NCBI RefSeq assembly: GCF_009914755.1 | Contig: NC_060930.1 | DNA from: the human T2T-CHM13v2.0 reference genome, Homo sapiens | DNA: 64,000 nucleotides | Strand: one strand, 5' to 3' | Shown: positions 1 through 14,082 of the stretch, piece by piece | How positions within the stretch are numbered: the first letter of the stretch is position 1 | Layout of the letters: each line of letters starts with the position of its first letter | Made by a program: the position numbers and the translations under genes | The notes under the pieces: generated by a model | Databases searched by the model: none | What the model was told of the DNA's origin: nothing | The model's input: the letters and a program-made list of their open reading frames with translations, nothing else

Positions 1-70
1 GCTGCTCTCAAAATTGTCTTTTATTTTTAATAATTTGATTATTACTTGTCTTGATGAACTCTTTGGGTTG
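1..70 (-). mobile_element. Old L1 (L1M-type) ORF1-region fragment fused directly to the U6 3' end; continues off the left edge of the window
   Basis: Minus strand reads CAACCCAAAGAGTTCATCAAGACAAGTAATAATCAAATT...GACAATTTTGAGAGCAGC. This resembles the recalled L1M ORF1 segment (..CCCAAAGAG..CCAAGACACATTATAATCAAA..AAAGACAAAGAGAGAATTTTGAAAGCAGC). Confidence 0.55.
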
Positions 71-387
71 AAAAATATGGAAAGATTCACAAATTTTCAT
101 GTCATCTTTGTGCAGGGACCATGTTAATATTCTATCATTCCAATTTTAGTACAAATGCTCCTTGGCTTACAATAGAGTTACTTTCCAATAAACCCATCGT
201 AAGTAGAAAGTATTATGTTGAAATACGCAGATGACTGAAAGCAATGGCTGACTACTTTAGGGATGGTGAAATAAGTATGGTGTCTACCAAATGTTTATCA
301 CTTTTAAGTTATTGTAAAGTTGAAAAACCACAAGATAAACCACCATAAATCAAAGATTATCTGTATATGTGCTGCTAAAGTGAGCAC
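71..387 (-). pseudogene. RNU6: Full-length U6 snRNA retropseudogene, interrupted by MER47 (152-363)
   Basis: 71-151 matches the reverse complement of the U6 3' part (AAAAATATGGAA..TTCAC.AATTT..TGTCATC.TTG.GCAGGG.CCATG.TAAT..TTCCAATTTTAGTA). 364-387 (TATATGTGCTGCTAAAGTGAGCAC) matches the reverse complement of the U6 5' end GTGCTCGCTTCGGCAGCACATATA. Confidence 0.93.
152..363 (+). mobile_element. MER47-family (TcMar-Tigger) non-autonomous DNA transposon, internally deleted
   Basis: Begins CAAATGCTCCTTGGCTTACAAT..AATAAACCCATCGTAAGT and ends ..GTAAAGTTGAAAAA..ATTATCTG, as recalled MER47 termini do. Flanked by a TA target duplication (150-151 / 364-365). Confidence 0.8.
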
Positions 388-1987
388 TCTATTTTTTTTA
401 ACCAGAGATGTAAAGTTATTGTAAACATTCTTCACACACACACATCTTCTCACATCTCTGATTATTTTCTTCAAGTAAATTTCTTGAACTAGAATTATTG
501 CCTCAAAGAGATTGCATATTTTAAGTATTCTTTTTGCCATATTGCCAATTGCACCCCTGAAATATTTCATGAGTCAGTTCTTCAGCAGCATTTTCTACAA
601 ATATCATTGTCTCTTCCTTTTCAATATTTATGTTTCAATATCTCTGCTTAGCCTTCCTTCATCTTACTGAATTGACAAGAAAGTCCAGAATATTGGTATT
701 GGGAACATTTATACAAACAAATATCCATTTCTAATGAAAATTCTATGTTTTCAAATTATTTGTTGGCCACCCAGATAACAAGCCTTGTTAAAAACCAAAT
801 TTATTTGCTCACTTATTTTGTGTTTTCTAAGGATCAGAACTTTGATGAATATATGGAGGGGTTGTTAAAGTTAGCATAAGACAATAAAAATGTCTTCTAT
901 GTAACAAAAAATACATATAGCAATACTAGACTAAAATTGTTTAGTTTTTGTTTTATAATTATGGATTCTCAGCAGCACGTACTGATACTTCGGTTTTCTT
1001 ATAATAAAATTAATAAAAATTATCAGACAGTATAGACATGGGAGCAGTTTTTTTACATGTTTAATTTCCATGTTTCTTCTCCCAGTTTCCACTGACTGAC
1101 TGTCTTCTGCATTCTTCCCATTTTTATTCCACAGTATTTTAGTCCTCTGTCAGTCGGCTCCAGATGTTTTCTTGCAACTGTAATTTGCACAAGAATTCTA
1201 GTCTTTGCCTGTGCCTTTGCTCAGCATTCATTTGAATTTGAGTTTTTATAACTGCCTTACCAAAAAGCTTTTACTTCTCTCTAAAATACCCTGTAAAATG
1301 CTTGCTCTTGATTACTTATACCCTGAGAACAGCTTTGCTCTCTGTGAGGTACCAAAGCTCTGACTGTTGCTCTACTCTCATTACTCTATGCTTTTGCTGC
1401 CTCTGGCCTTTTGTGTTTTGAACCTCCTGTGGTCTGTGGCTGCTATGAGAAGGTCAAAGCTATGGAGTGGCTAAAATGATTAGTGAAGGGCCAACCTGAG
1501 AGGATATTGATCTGCTTCTCCACGAAATGGCAATCATAATGTTTCTTTATTTTCAGAATTTATTTTCATAACAATTTAAAATGTTAACAGGGATAAAATA
1601 GAATTGAATAAACAGTATAGTTTATTTAATATGCCTTTTCACTGTGTCTCATCATATTGGTGATACCGAAATATTCTTCTTCTGAGATAGATTTGGGATC
1701 TAAGGGCAGGCATGTTGTAATCTGAGGGAGAGGGGCTGACTAGTTAATGTCATAGACTTTTGAGTCTGTTGATTCATTTTCTATCCTGTAGAATGAGCAG
1801 TTAAGAATTCTAGCTGGCCCAGGTTCTGCCTACTGGTATAATTTCTATATCTGATGTCCTTCAGAGATACCCTGAAGGGAGTATTGGGGCGGATTCTCAT
1901 AACGAGGCTGTTCATAATGCATAGAAATCCAGTCTGGCTCTGCCAGCATCTTTTGTAGTCCTGACTTAAAACAAAGCCTTACTTTAG

Positions 1988-2328
<341 letters not shown>

Positions 2329-3209
2329 AGAGTTTTCTTTTAAAATGTTATTGGTCTTTTTAAAAATCTTTGTTTATATTGTTTGGTTTTAGAGACTGTA
2401 TTTGCAGTAAACCAAGCCAGATAACTTGTTACATCACGGTGCTTAATGGATTTGCTTGGCTGAACTGTCAGAACTTGGTTTATTATTTTTATCCACGTCT
2501 TATCCTGGAATCCTGTCTCCATTTTTATCTACTTAATGGCTTTAGTCTTAAGGCCCAGAAGAAAAACAATGACCAGCAGAGCACAATTCCTTAATCTGCT
2601 CGTGTGTATTAAGACTAAATCATAAAATCCAGATTATGTTTTGAAGATATTTGCAAATGTGTTAAGTTGGAGCTAGGTATGGCACGCGATAGAAGGCCAT
2701 TTTCTAGCTCACGAAGGAGCACATGGATAATGATTTCTTTCCATTACCTTAGTTAGTTGCACATATCCCATTATCAATATTAGTATTCAATAAGGACATC
2801 AGCCTAATTTGGAGATATATGATTATTCAAATAATTTTGTTGTTGCCATTTTGGCAGGACAAATAATTTATTGATTGGAAAGACAGTAGTCTTAAACTGC
2901 TATCCCTGATTTCCTCTTGGTCTATGTAATTTCTTCTCTTAAATCTTAAAGATACTCTGATACCTTTAAGTGGGCGATCACATCCTTTAAAGCTTCACTT
3001 TTTATGAAAATACAGACCGAATAGCCAAAGATAACAATGATAGCTGAACTATTTTCTTATTGCCAAACCAAATTGCTATATTTCTATTCCTTGATAGAGG
3101 AATCATCACTGTCCCCCAACCCAGAACTCACTTTAATTTATCCAGTTTAATGGTTTTATTTGGAATTGTTAAATATAATGTCATTTCTTATACTAATTTC
3201 TGTTGCCTT

Positions 3210-3610
3210 TAAGGCTATTTTGACTGCAAATAACTGAAACCCACTTAAGAGCTTAAGAGGAGAAATTATTATAAATGTACTCTAGTATCTCATGGAAGCC
3301 TAAAGCAGAAAGTATATTAGGCTTTAGGAAGGACATAAAACAGGAATCTAAACAGCCACACTTTTTAGTTTCTACTAAGACAGTCTCTTACCTCCTTATA
3401 TCTATTTTACTGATTTATTTCTATGAACTAGAATTCTATTTGGCCACAATTCAAGTTCCGATAGTACATATCTTCAGCCACAGGATCAGTGTCTCAATTC
3501 CAGGCAACAGGGCAGAGGATTTGATTGGTCTAGTTGGGTTTATTATGCATTCATATTCAATCAGCTCTGTCTGTGAGATAGGGCCATGTAGGACAGAGAG
3601 AACTGTATAA
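3210..3610 (-). mobile_element. Probable degenerate MLT1 (ERVL-MaLR) LTR
   Basis: MLT1-like motifs (TTTTGACTGCAAATAACTGAAACCCACT; GATTTGATTGGTCTAGTTGGG..ATTCAATCAGCT). Boundaries are approximate. Confidence 0.4.
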
Positions 3611-3758
3611 CCATAGGAACTCAAGAGGGCAGAATTTAGAATAGGAGATCATGGTCTACTAGACATCCAAATAATTATCTACCACATTTTCCACTGGATA
3701 GAAACATAAATGCCATGGAACAGCATTAAATAACATCTCAGTTAAAAAAGCTCAGAGA

Positions 3759-4163
<405 letters not shown>

Positions 4164-4299
4164 TTATTATTATTTTGATTTTATTTTCTAATGTGTGCAT
4201 AATAACCACATGGGTTTAGCTTTGTCTCAAAATGTAAATTAATTTTTAAGCTCATGTCTGAGTAGCTTTGTCTTTCCTAGTTTATTTCACTTCATTCTT

Positions 4300-4970
4300 T
4301 CTTGGCTAGATTTCATTGGCTAGTAGTTTTATGAACAAAGCTCACTGATGCTGTAATCCTGTCTACTTGAGAATGTCTGATTTTATTTTTCTAATAGTTG
4401 AAGAGTGACTTGGCCAGACAGAATCCTTTAGTCCTACCATATTTTCCTCAAAATTTTGGAGACTGTGCTTCACTCTCTACCTGCCTGTAGTGTTGTTGTA
4501 GAGAAGTTTGATACAGTCTGATTATTTCCTTTTGCTTGGAGTGTGCTTACCCTACCTTAAGTTCCACGTAATTGTTTTCCTTATCATGAAAGTTCCATAA
4601 ATTCATCAGGATATAACTTGGGATTGATTATGTTTGTCAATATTTCTTAGGACATGATGTGCTAATATTTCAGGGAGGTTATATTATAAAATACTTTTGA
4701 ATGTTGATGAGTTCTCTTTTTCAGGAATAACAAATAAGCATATTTTGGATCTTCTTTGCTATCATTTTCTAGATAAAGGCTGTCTATTCTACCCTAAAAC
4801 TCTGTTATTACACATTTCATTTCATTTACCAACCTATTATGCCTTTTCTTGGATTTTAGTCATGTTATTTTATTTTGATTACTACCTAGTGTTCTTCTTG
4901 ATGATTTTCTGCATTGCCCTTGTCCTTCTTTACTGAGTTCTGCTAGCTTATGTTTCATCTTCTGTCTTCA
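4300..4970 (-). mobile_element. Degenerate old L1M fragment (ORF1 region)
   Basis: T-rich sequence with L1M antisense motifs (GAGAAGTTTGATACAGTCTGATT; TTCATCAGGATATAACTTGGG). Boundaries are approximate. Confidence 0.45.
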
Positions 4971-4976
4971 TGCAAT

Positions 4977-6825
4977 TGTCAGAGGATCCTTTGGGTGTTG
5001 CCTCACCAGCCAGAAACCTCTGTGGCCAGTGGTGCCTCTACTTGAGTTTTGCTCATGCCTGCTGGACTCATTCTGCCCACTCAGCCCGGCAGGCTGTGCT
5101 TGGCTTGTGCTACCAGCCTGGATCTTATGCCTGTGAAGGGTAAGCCAGGTGTGGAGTGGCGAGGGGTGTGTGAGTGAGTGAGCGCGGGGTCTGGCCATTG
5201 CGCACAGCCAGGCATGCCAGCTGCTGCAGCGAGGCAGGCAGCCCCGGGCACCATCACAGGTGCCAACTGTGTTACAGGCTAGGCCAGATCACAAGCAGCT
5301 TCTGCTGTGGGCACCAGTGTCTGGACGAGGGGAACGCAGTAGCACCTGGAAACTAGGAGACATCAGGAACCTCAGAGCCACAAAGAGGGTGTTAAAGCAT
5401 GTCACAGCCCTGGCGTGGGGAGCCGTGAGGTCTGGGCTCCCAGAAGGGCTGCAGCTCTTCTCTGCTTCTCATCACCTGCAGTGCAGTGAGTGGGGGAGGT
5501 ATGTTTTGGGGGGATGTGTTTCACCCCATTTGTGTTACATCTCTTTCAGTTTGGTCATCCCACTCCAGCCCGCGGCTCCAGGGCTGGCCTAGCTCCCGCC
5601 ACTGCTTCCGGTCATGTGGAGCGCCTGCCCTGCGCTGGCAGAGGGCAGGAGGGCTGTAGTGTCACAGCCCCTTTAGCTCCTGCCCATAGCTTGGCAAGCA
5701 AGCCAGGGAAGTGTTACAGCTCCTTTCGCTCTGCCCTTTGGTGGGTCCTGAGTTCTTGTCCTGCATCCAGGAAGAAGGAAGTTACACAGACAACTGGAGG
5801 GTGAACAAGCTTTACTGGGAGCTGCTGGGCTTTACTGGGAGCTTTACTGGGAGACAGAAGAGTGCTCAGCAAAGAGGAGACCCGAAGTGGGCAGCTCTTA
5901 TCTGCAGACAGGTAGTACCAATGAATGTAGAGGATACCTCAGTTGGGTAGTTCCTATCCGCAGACAGGTAGACCCCACAGATGTCCGACTGAGTCTGGCT
6001 CAGTGGGTGGTGGAGTGGGGTGGGGGTGGGGATGGGGCTTTATGGGCTCTGAATGGAGGAAATGCATGCTGGTTGGCACATGGGCAGGAGGAAGTGTGTG
6101 CTGATTAGTCCATGGGTGGCCATGGGTGAGTGTGGAAAAAACCCTATTTAATTAGCCAAAAGGCATCAAGGAAGTTCTCACTCCAGGTTGCAGACTCCAC
6201 TGCGAACTGGCAGCCTGGCCCCCAAGGTTCAGACCACCCTGGCTTGAAGTTGAGGTTTCACTGGGGACTCACCTCTTTCTGCCCAGGAACCTGTCTTCTT
6301 CCGACCGCCATCAACATACTGTCTACAGCACCCAGGCTGTCCGCACTGAGGGACGCCCACAGGCCCGTGTCCAGCTGCCCTCAGCACTCAAGAGTTTCCC
6401 TCCCATGTACCTTGGTGCCCCAAGTCCAAAACAGGCCAAGGCGGCAGGTGGCTGGCATGTCAGAGCCACCCTGAGCGTGTGCACACCTCGCCAGGTCGTG
6501 ACAGTGCCTAGGTTTGACCACAACTTTGCTCTGCAGTGGAGCAGGCGCCTAGAGCAGGGAGATGCTAGGAAGCAGGAGCAGGCAGGCTTCCCGGGCCCCA
6601 GGGAGTGCGGGAATGCCTGTGTCCAGAGCTGTGGCTGGGTGGCTGCAGCTGTGCCCAGTAGCACAGGCTCCTGCCCCGCCAACTTGACGGGGTGCGGGGT
6701 TCCCGCCGGAATCACCTGTTCCTATCTCCTGCCAGCTCCGCAAAACACACAGCCCCAGCCACACCTTCCCTGCTGTAGCCAGTGTCTTTGCAGTGGCCAC
6801 TCCAGATGGGCTGCCACTGCCATCA
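4977..6825 (-). mobile_element. MER52-type ERV1 solo LTR (~1.85 kb, GC-rich)
   Basis: Minus strand starts TGATGGCAGTGGCAGCCCATCTGGAGTGGCCACTGC and ends ..CACCCAAAGGATCCTCTGACA, matching recalled MER52 termini. It accounts for the GC-rich island and the overlapping ORFs here. Confidence 0.85.
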
Positions 6826-7173
6826 TCCTTGAAACTCTGTATCCCTTCCTTGAACCTTATCCCTTTGTGGTACAATCAGTTTGTTGTAATTTGAGATTGG
6901 AAAAACATGGAGAAATTTTATTATTTAGCTTGTTCATATACTTTTTTCCGCTTTATCTATTCTTAGGTTCATGTTAGTTGTACTTTGAACATTACTCATG
7001 TTTAAATGGGATCAGATTATATTTTTATGTAAATAATGTGGAACAACTTTGGTAGCTGTTCCAGTCAACTGTGAGCTGCTGCAGTCTCAAGCTTTTTGGG
7101 ACTTACTGTCTCAAACATTCTCTTACCAAATCTACAATCTTCTTTGCCCTGGATGCACATCAGCTTTCAATAT

Positions 7174-7176
<3 letters not shown>

Positions 7177-7221
<45 letters not shown>
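7177..7221. repeat. (GT)22 microsatellite
   Basis: Direct observation. Confidence 0.98.
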
Positions 7222-7224
<3 letters not shown>

Positions 7225-7399
7225 TTAATGGTTTCTAAGCAATACTCACTAAACCTCTAGCTTTCTGATTTGAAATCTCGTTGTTTCTCCTTACCTTTAC
7301 CTTCCTACTGTATTCTCCATTTTTCTATTTTCTTGGTTTACTCTCTACTTTTAGTGGGACTTATCATTCAGCTATTTATTAGAAGATGATATATTTGAG

Positions 7400-8950
7400 T
7401 AAAATTTTGAGAGCTTACATTCATGAAAATATCTTTGTCTTTCCCTCAAACGTAATTGATAATCTGCCTGGGTATAGAATACTGAATCTAGAATATGGAA
7501 GACTTTATTCAAGTTTCCAAAGTTGCCATTAAGAAGTCTGATGATTTTGGATTTCCAGTCTTTGTATTTACACTTTTTCCTCATTGCTTTGAAAAACTTC
7601 TAATTTTCTCTAGTGTTATCAAATTTTCAATGGGTTCCTTCATAAAGGCAGTATTCATCCACTTTGCTTGGCATTCAGTGGTCTCTTTTAATTTGGATGG
7701 TCATGTACTTCAGGTCTAGAAAAATTGTTTGTGTTATTTATTTGAGAATATTTACCCTGCCAGTTCTCTTTTCTCAGATCAGAATTCTTTTGAATTGGAT
7801 GTCAAACACCACAGACTGCCATCCATTTTCTGATCTCTTCTGTTTTATTTTTATCTTTTGTTTCAAAAATGCTTTTGAGAGGTTTTTAACAACTTTAATG
7901 GATTAAAATTATTTCTGTAATATTTTTAATATTTCAGATTTGTTGAGAGCTTTTAAAAAATAACATTCCTTTAAAATAGATATAGCATATCTTAATTACA
8001 GTATATTTGAAATATACTAGTTAATGGATGTAATATATAGTTATCTGTGTATGCTTATATATGCATATATAAACTTATATGTGTAAATTATATATATTAA
8101 ATATATACATAATATTATGTTACAGTGTATTTGCAGTTTTCTTTTGATCCCACATAGTCTTTGTTGCCTCTGGCTACTTGTTTGTTTCTGTGTTTACATT
8201 GAATATTGCAGGCTTTTCTCAACTACCAGGTGATTCTTAGCAGTCTTTTCATATTCTAGAGTGAAACACTAAGATTCTGAGTGCAAACTCTGTGGTAAGA
8301 GCAAGGTTTGTTGACTGCAGGGTTTCACTGGTAAGTCAAAGATTGACCGTCTCATTAGAGGATCCACAATGGCCAATATCAATTGATCCTTTATCCTAGT
8401 CAGTTTTTCCTAAGAGGATATCTTCAGTCTAGTCAGTTTCTCCTAAGAGGATATCTTCAGTCTCATGCCTGGAGATACAAATCAAGGTTCTGGAAGCCCC
8501 AGTGGGTCTTAACTCTTCATGTGTCATATTTTTTGAGTTTCCCTGGTTTTGATTCTAGTTATCTTTTGCTTAGCTCTGCCTAGTGTCTTGACTCGAGACA
8601 TTGTGTTCTGCCTCATTATAGAGTGAATCACCAGGCTTCTCAGAGTGGGGAAGAATTGCTTGGCTATTTAAGTGATCCAGAAGCCCAACTGCACCCTATA
8701 AAGCTCTTCCTCCAATCATTCTGTTTTGAAACCGCAGTATTTCTTCCTTTTTTGTAGTTCCAATTATTGCATTCCTTGTATTTCTAATTCTTGAGATTTT
8801 ACAAGGTTCTGAGATGTGCATTTCTAAATTTCTTGGCTTTTATACCCCTAAGCTCCTAAGTAACATCTTTCTCTGCTCTGCATAGTTACTGATATGACCT
8901 TTTCCTTCTAAAAATTTTTGTTTACTGAGATTTACTTTCTCATTGTCTTC
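7400..8950 (-). mobile_element. Degenerate old L1M/L1ME 5' and ORF1-region fragments
   Basis: Antisense L1 ORF1 motifs (GAAAATATCTTT..CTGGGTATAGAAT; TTGCCATTAAGAAGTCTGATG). Boundaries are approximate. Confidence 0.45.
8396..8461. repeat. 33-bp tandem duplication (2 copies, 1 mismatch)
   Basis: CTAGTCAGTTT(T/C)TCCTAAGAGGATATCTTCAGT x2. Confidence 0.95.
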
Positions 8951-11813
8951 CTAGATTAATATCTTATTAACTCTTTGTAACTGTAGTGGTATTTTCAGAG
9001 AGGTTGGTGATAAATGCATGTATTTAATCTGTGACAATTCACTGAAAACTCTTATGTACACTTTAAAGATCTCTATCTCTAATAAAAATATATAACTTTT
9101 CAGGGTCTCTGATGAAATGTGTGAGTCAATGTTCAAGTACTTCATGTTGTGAGAATGATAGATATGGTTCATCCTGCTGAGATCAAGCATGTTTCTATTA
9201 AATCTTGTAGTTTTAATGATGAAACTTAGAAGCAAAGTCTTTCTTTGATAATGGAAAACTATATATTGTTATTAACTAAAATACTACAACTGTTTCAGAA
9301 TGTTGACTGAGTATATTCTTTGAAAGATTTTCACTTGAAATGCTGTAGAGAAGTGGAAAATGGTACAACCAGAATGGTATTAAATTGAGATGAGCTGACA
9401 GAGAGTCCAGTCTAATCTTAAATTTTCAGACTGCATTTAAACTCCATTATTTTGTGATTTCTACTCTATTATTTTGTGATTTTTGGATTTAACTTTAAAA
9501 AATTTGTGGGCATTAACACTGAAGTAAATGAATAGTGAAAACACTGTTGCAGAACTGTGTAAATAATAGCTTTATTTTTGTATTAGCAATTGCAAGAACT
9601 TCTTAGGGTTCTGATAGACTTCAGGGTAGCTTTTCAGAAAAATTCAAATTTATTGACCTTTATTTGATTATTATCTGTTAAAAATTTTTAAATTGCAATC
9701 TTACCCTCCTAAAGGAACTTTTTTTCTTTTTTTGGTAAGTGAATCCTTTAGTGATCATTTTAATGCTGGATTTCTTTGGAACTATGGTGTCATTTACAAT
9801 ATGTGCCATCTCAATTTTTCCAAACATTTATTTAACAAAAGAAAGAAGAAAAAAACTAACGAATATTTTTGTTAGTGGTATAAGATACTTCAACATTTCA
9901 CAAATATTCAAATGTGAAAAATATCCCAGTCAATGAAATACGGTAACTAATGTTTATATTAACTGCCTGTATATGTATGATGAGTTCTGGTATCAAACAA
10001 TAAAAGAATAGTAGAATGTTATGCTTCCTAATAAGCAAATTATAGAGTGCTTATTATTATAAAATTTGTAAATGTTTTTAATGCTTAAAATAGCAATTAT
10101 TGATATATTACTTTCTAGAAAAAGTCAGAATTGCTATTTATTTTATTATTTATGTTAATTGGTAGGATATGATTTAAGGCAAATGGATAGCCATGTTTAA
10201 GTTTTTTTCAAAATTTATAAAACTTACAAGGGAAATTTTAAAAGTAATATTTCTTAATTTTTCCTAGAAGACCTGTATTTTCTATAATTCATATAACTTT
10301 TTTAATAAAAGATATTAAAACTTTCTAGTACTTTAATTCTAAAAAATAATTTATTATCTACATACACTATACCTCCACATTGCTTTACCCTTTTAAAGAA
10401 ACTTTACGTAAGTTGCATTATAGATATTTTCTTTTTATGTATAGTTACGTGCATGCATTGAACATTTATTTATTTTTACTTTAAAAAAAGTTTCTTCTTT
10501 TTTTCCAACTGAACTTTAAAATCTATGGTTTCTTTCTTTCTTCCATTCAGGATACATGTAGTGAAGGCATAATGTACCCTAAAAACTTATTTCTTTTCAT
10601 ATGTTTTAGCAGGAGAGGTAAGGAGGCAGAGTGAGATTAACTAATGCTATGCTTTCCCCTTTTTCTTCTAAAATAAGTTTTACCTTTTGAGCATTTCTTG
10701 TAGAATAAACAAATATCCCTGTGCCTCTTTAGCTCTTTCCTATAATGTGACTAGTGAAGAGCTCAACTTTGGTCCTGTCAAGTGCAATTTTTTTTTGTAT
10801 ATATTTAAATGTCTTTATAGTACTAAAATAAATGTTTTGAAGACAGCTGCAAAGCAATCTGAGTGCATAATTCCTTTAGAATCTTGTCGATTTTCCTACA
10901 ACTTTTAAGGTTTTCTTCTGTATCTAATTTCATAGCACTTTTATCTTAGTAACTTACCTTTATTAAGTTTTCCAAAGAATTCAATTTAGTTTTCGTAGAA
11001 ACAGCTATATTTAGCACGTATATTTCTTTAATTTGTGCTATAATTACAATACCATGTAAAACTGTCATATATTTTGGTGAAAATGTAACAGACTTTTGGA
11101 AACTGGTGGAAACAGAAGAGACCCAATAGAAAGTAGCTTGGCAGCTTTGAGTATTTAGTGTGACATGGTCATTATTTACTGTATTTTACTGAAGAAATGG
11201 GCATTGCCTAAACTGATGAGTCAATTACTTAGAGATTAATTAAGAAATCTATTGCTGTAGTGAAACCCTGAGCATCTGCTGAGTGACAAAGGGGTAATGG
11301 AATTTGTTATGTTTCCACTGAAGTAGGTGTAATTTATTTTATAGATATGCAAAACTTACATAGATTTAAGTACTTTTAATTCTGCTCAAATAAATTGTAG
11401 TACAACCATATGATGGACTACTACTTATAAAGTAGTATCATGCATCATGAAACCAATTTAAATACTTAAAAGAAAGATGCCTATGAGCTATACTGAAATG
11501 TGTGCATATATTTATGTGTGCCTGTGTGTTTAACTGCTTCAGAGGGGGATTACAATGGGTGAGGAGAAAAATTACTCTTTAAACACTTCGAACTGTTTGT
11601 ACTTATATTATAATCAGGTATTGCTTCTACAATGCTACAGAAAAGAATATATTAAACCCCTTGCACTGGGAAATTTGTCTTTTCTTGCTACAAATGCTGT
11701 TTTTAGTTAAAGGGAAATAAGAATACTTTCCATACACAGTTGTTAGAAGGATTTTTTAATAGTTAATATTTATTCAGTACTTAACTTGTCCCAGACACTT
11801 CCCATGAACCATC

Positions 11814-12158
11814 TTTTTTTTAAAAAAATTATTTTTTGAAATGACATATAAAATTGTATGTATTTATTATGTACAACATGATGTTTTGAAATATATATAT
11901 ACATTGTGGAATGGTTAAATCTAGCTAATTAACAAATGAATAATCTCACATAGTTTTGTTTTTGATGAGAACACTTAACATCCACTCTCTTAGCATTTTT
12001 CAAGAACACAATGTATCATTAACCATAGTCACCATGCTATGCAACAGATCTCTTAAACTTATTATTCCTAATTGTAACATCTCCCCTCCCTCTCCCAACC
12101 CAAACTACCCCAGCCTCTGGTAACTACCATTCTATTCTTTACTTCTATGAGATCAACT
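11814..12158 (-). mobile_element. L1MA-type (approx. L1MA7-9) 3' UTR fragment
   Basis: Poly-T followed by AATTGTATGTATTTATTATGTACAACATGATGTTTTGAAATAT..CCCCAGCCTCTGGTAACTACCATTCTA. Confidence 0.8.
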
Positions 12159-12159
12159 A

Positions 12160-12560
12160 GAAGGATTAAATGAGGTAATAAATGTAAAGTGCTTAGAATT
12201 CTGCCTTGCACATAGTAAATGCTGTATATGTTTGCTGCATTATCCAACATTATTACTATTATTGTTCCAGGATCTGTGAACCAACCCCGTACTCACACCT
12301 CCAATGCCATTCTTGACCGATCTGGGCCTTGAGTGTAGAAAGAGTGTGTGTGGGCTTTGGAGTCAGACAGATGTGGTTTGAATTCAGGCTTCATCTCTTA
12401 CACATGTGTTCTTGGACAAATTGTTTAAATTCACTCTTTCAAGTGTTTATTCTCTAAAATAGTGATAATAATAACTACCATCCAGGGTTTGTGACTATAA
12501 AATAATTGTAAGGGATATAAAATATTTAATGTGATGGCGAACATACAAGTACTCAGTGAT
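12160..12560 (+). mobile_element. MIR SINE fragments (two pieces)
   Basis: GGATTAAATGAG..TGTAAAGTGCTTAGAA..GCACATAGTAA and GCTTTGGAGTCAGACAGA..GGTTTGAATTC..TTGGACAAATT. Confidence 0.7.
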
Positions 12561-13550
12561 GCTGCCTGCCTTCCTTCTTTCACTCCCTCAGGCCTCCTTC
12601 TCATCATCACTTCCTGCTTTGCTCTACATGACTGAACAACTTTTTTTCTCACTTCTTTTTTAGTACCGGTAGGAGTCTGTATGCTCTTTCTCTTAGCATT
12701 TTATTTGTTTAACTCCTACACAGACGCATGCCAAATGCTGTTATAGTATTAGTCTTGATTGCAATATTTGTTATTAAATTTTGTTATATAATTTTACAAT
12801 TTGGGTTTCTATCTAGAAAGAATAAACATTAATAGCTCTTTGTGTTTTCCTGATATCCATAGGTGCAGATTGGAGCACAAGTTTAATTATTCATTTCTAC
12901 TTTGATGGTTCCATCCATTTTTTATGATTTTGAGAGTCATTTAGCACAGCTACCTCACTTAACCCCAAATAAGATGACTTTTGTTATTATGCCACTGACA
13001 ACATTCAAATGAGTCACATGACTTAATGTACTTTTTACCTTGTAAAAGTGTCCGAAATTTTAGAGGACATCCAAACAGATTTTTTCATACTTCCTTTAAT
13101 AAACAAACTCTCTTTAAAAAAAGCAACTTGGAAGAGGAAGTTAGAGAAAATTAGGTACGATTCAAGTTCTTGGTATCATTTGTCAATACACTTAAATTGA
13201 ATATGTCTACATTTTCTGTTACCTGGATTTTTATAAAAGCCTTCTTGGTGGACATATAATGTAAGACTGATAACACCGTGTGCACAGAGTACCCTTTATC
13301 TTTAACTTTGCATTTCCAGAGATTACTCTAAGTTTTATTGTACATGCAGGTGTAGATTCCCAGGTTTTCTGGGCTAAAGGTTATACAGTTGTTGAGGGCC
13401 CTCTTTAATAAGAGGAATCCAGAATTTAAAATTCAAAGTTATATACAAATATAAACATTTCTTTAGGGTAAAGAAAGCATAACTTAAAATTTTATAAAGC
13501 TTACATATTCTATAAATATTTAAAAATCCCAAAATAGAACTTGCTACATT

Positions 13551-14082
13551 TGTCACTGCAGCATGACTTCAATTCTTTCAAAAAGCCCCTAAACCTGTAA
13601 AATTAACCTGTGCACACCTGTCTGCTTGCTTATAGAAATGAAGGCCAGATACTGGCAACAACAAACTAGCCACAAGGTGAGAAATGAGCTCTGTAGTGCT
13701 ACCCTAACCTGAATGCTTGCCTTGTTACCAGACTAAATCCCCATGCAGTGGGAAGGGATGCACTTTGCTAGGCACATGTAGTGTCGGGCACAAAGGAAAC
13801 AACTAAACTGCTACACTTCGACTCTCTCTGGAAAGTCCCACCTCTTTCCCTGAATCCTGCCCCCTGTCTCCACCCACCTGCCTTAAAAGCCCTTAAAATC
13901 TCCCTTTACCTTACCCCACAGAGAGAGAGTGCTTTGAGTATAAGCTCACCTTCTCCTTTCCTCAATCAATGAATAAAGTTTCTGTTCTGCTTTACTGAAC
14001 CTGGTCTTATTTTATTGGTGTGAACAACACTGAGCAGGGAAAGGGCCCATTAGGGTCAATGACCTTTTTGAAGGTTGGTAAC
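13551..14082 (+). mobile_element. ERV1-class solo LTR, family not resolved
   Basis: TG..CA termini (TGTCACTGC / GGTAACA), a TATA-like CCTTAAAAG, AATAAA at ~13972 and typical U5 composition. It interrupts the hAT fossil. Confidence 0.55.

Noticed and set aside
4968-6977. Dense overlapping ORFs up to 190 aa in a GC-rich island
   Set aside because: Lies almost entirely within a MER52 LTR. High GC suppresses stop codons and there are no recognisable protein motifs. Not a CpG-island gene promoter.
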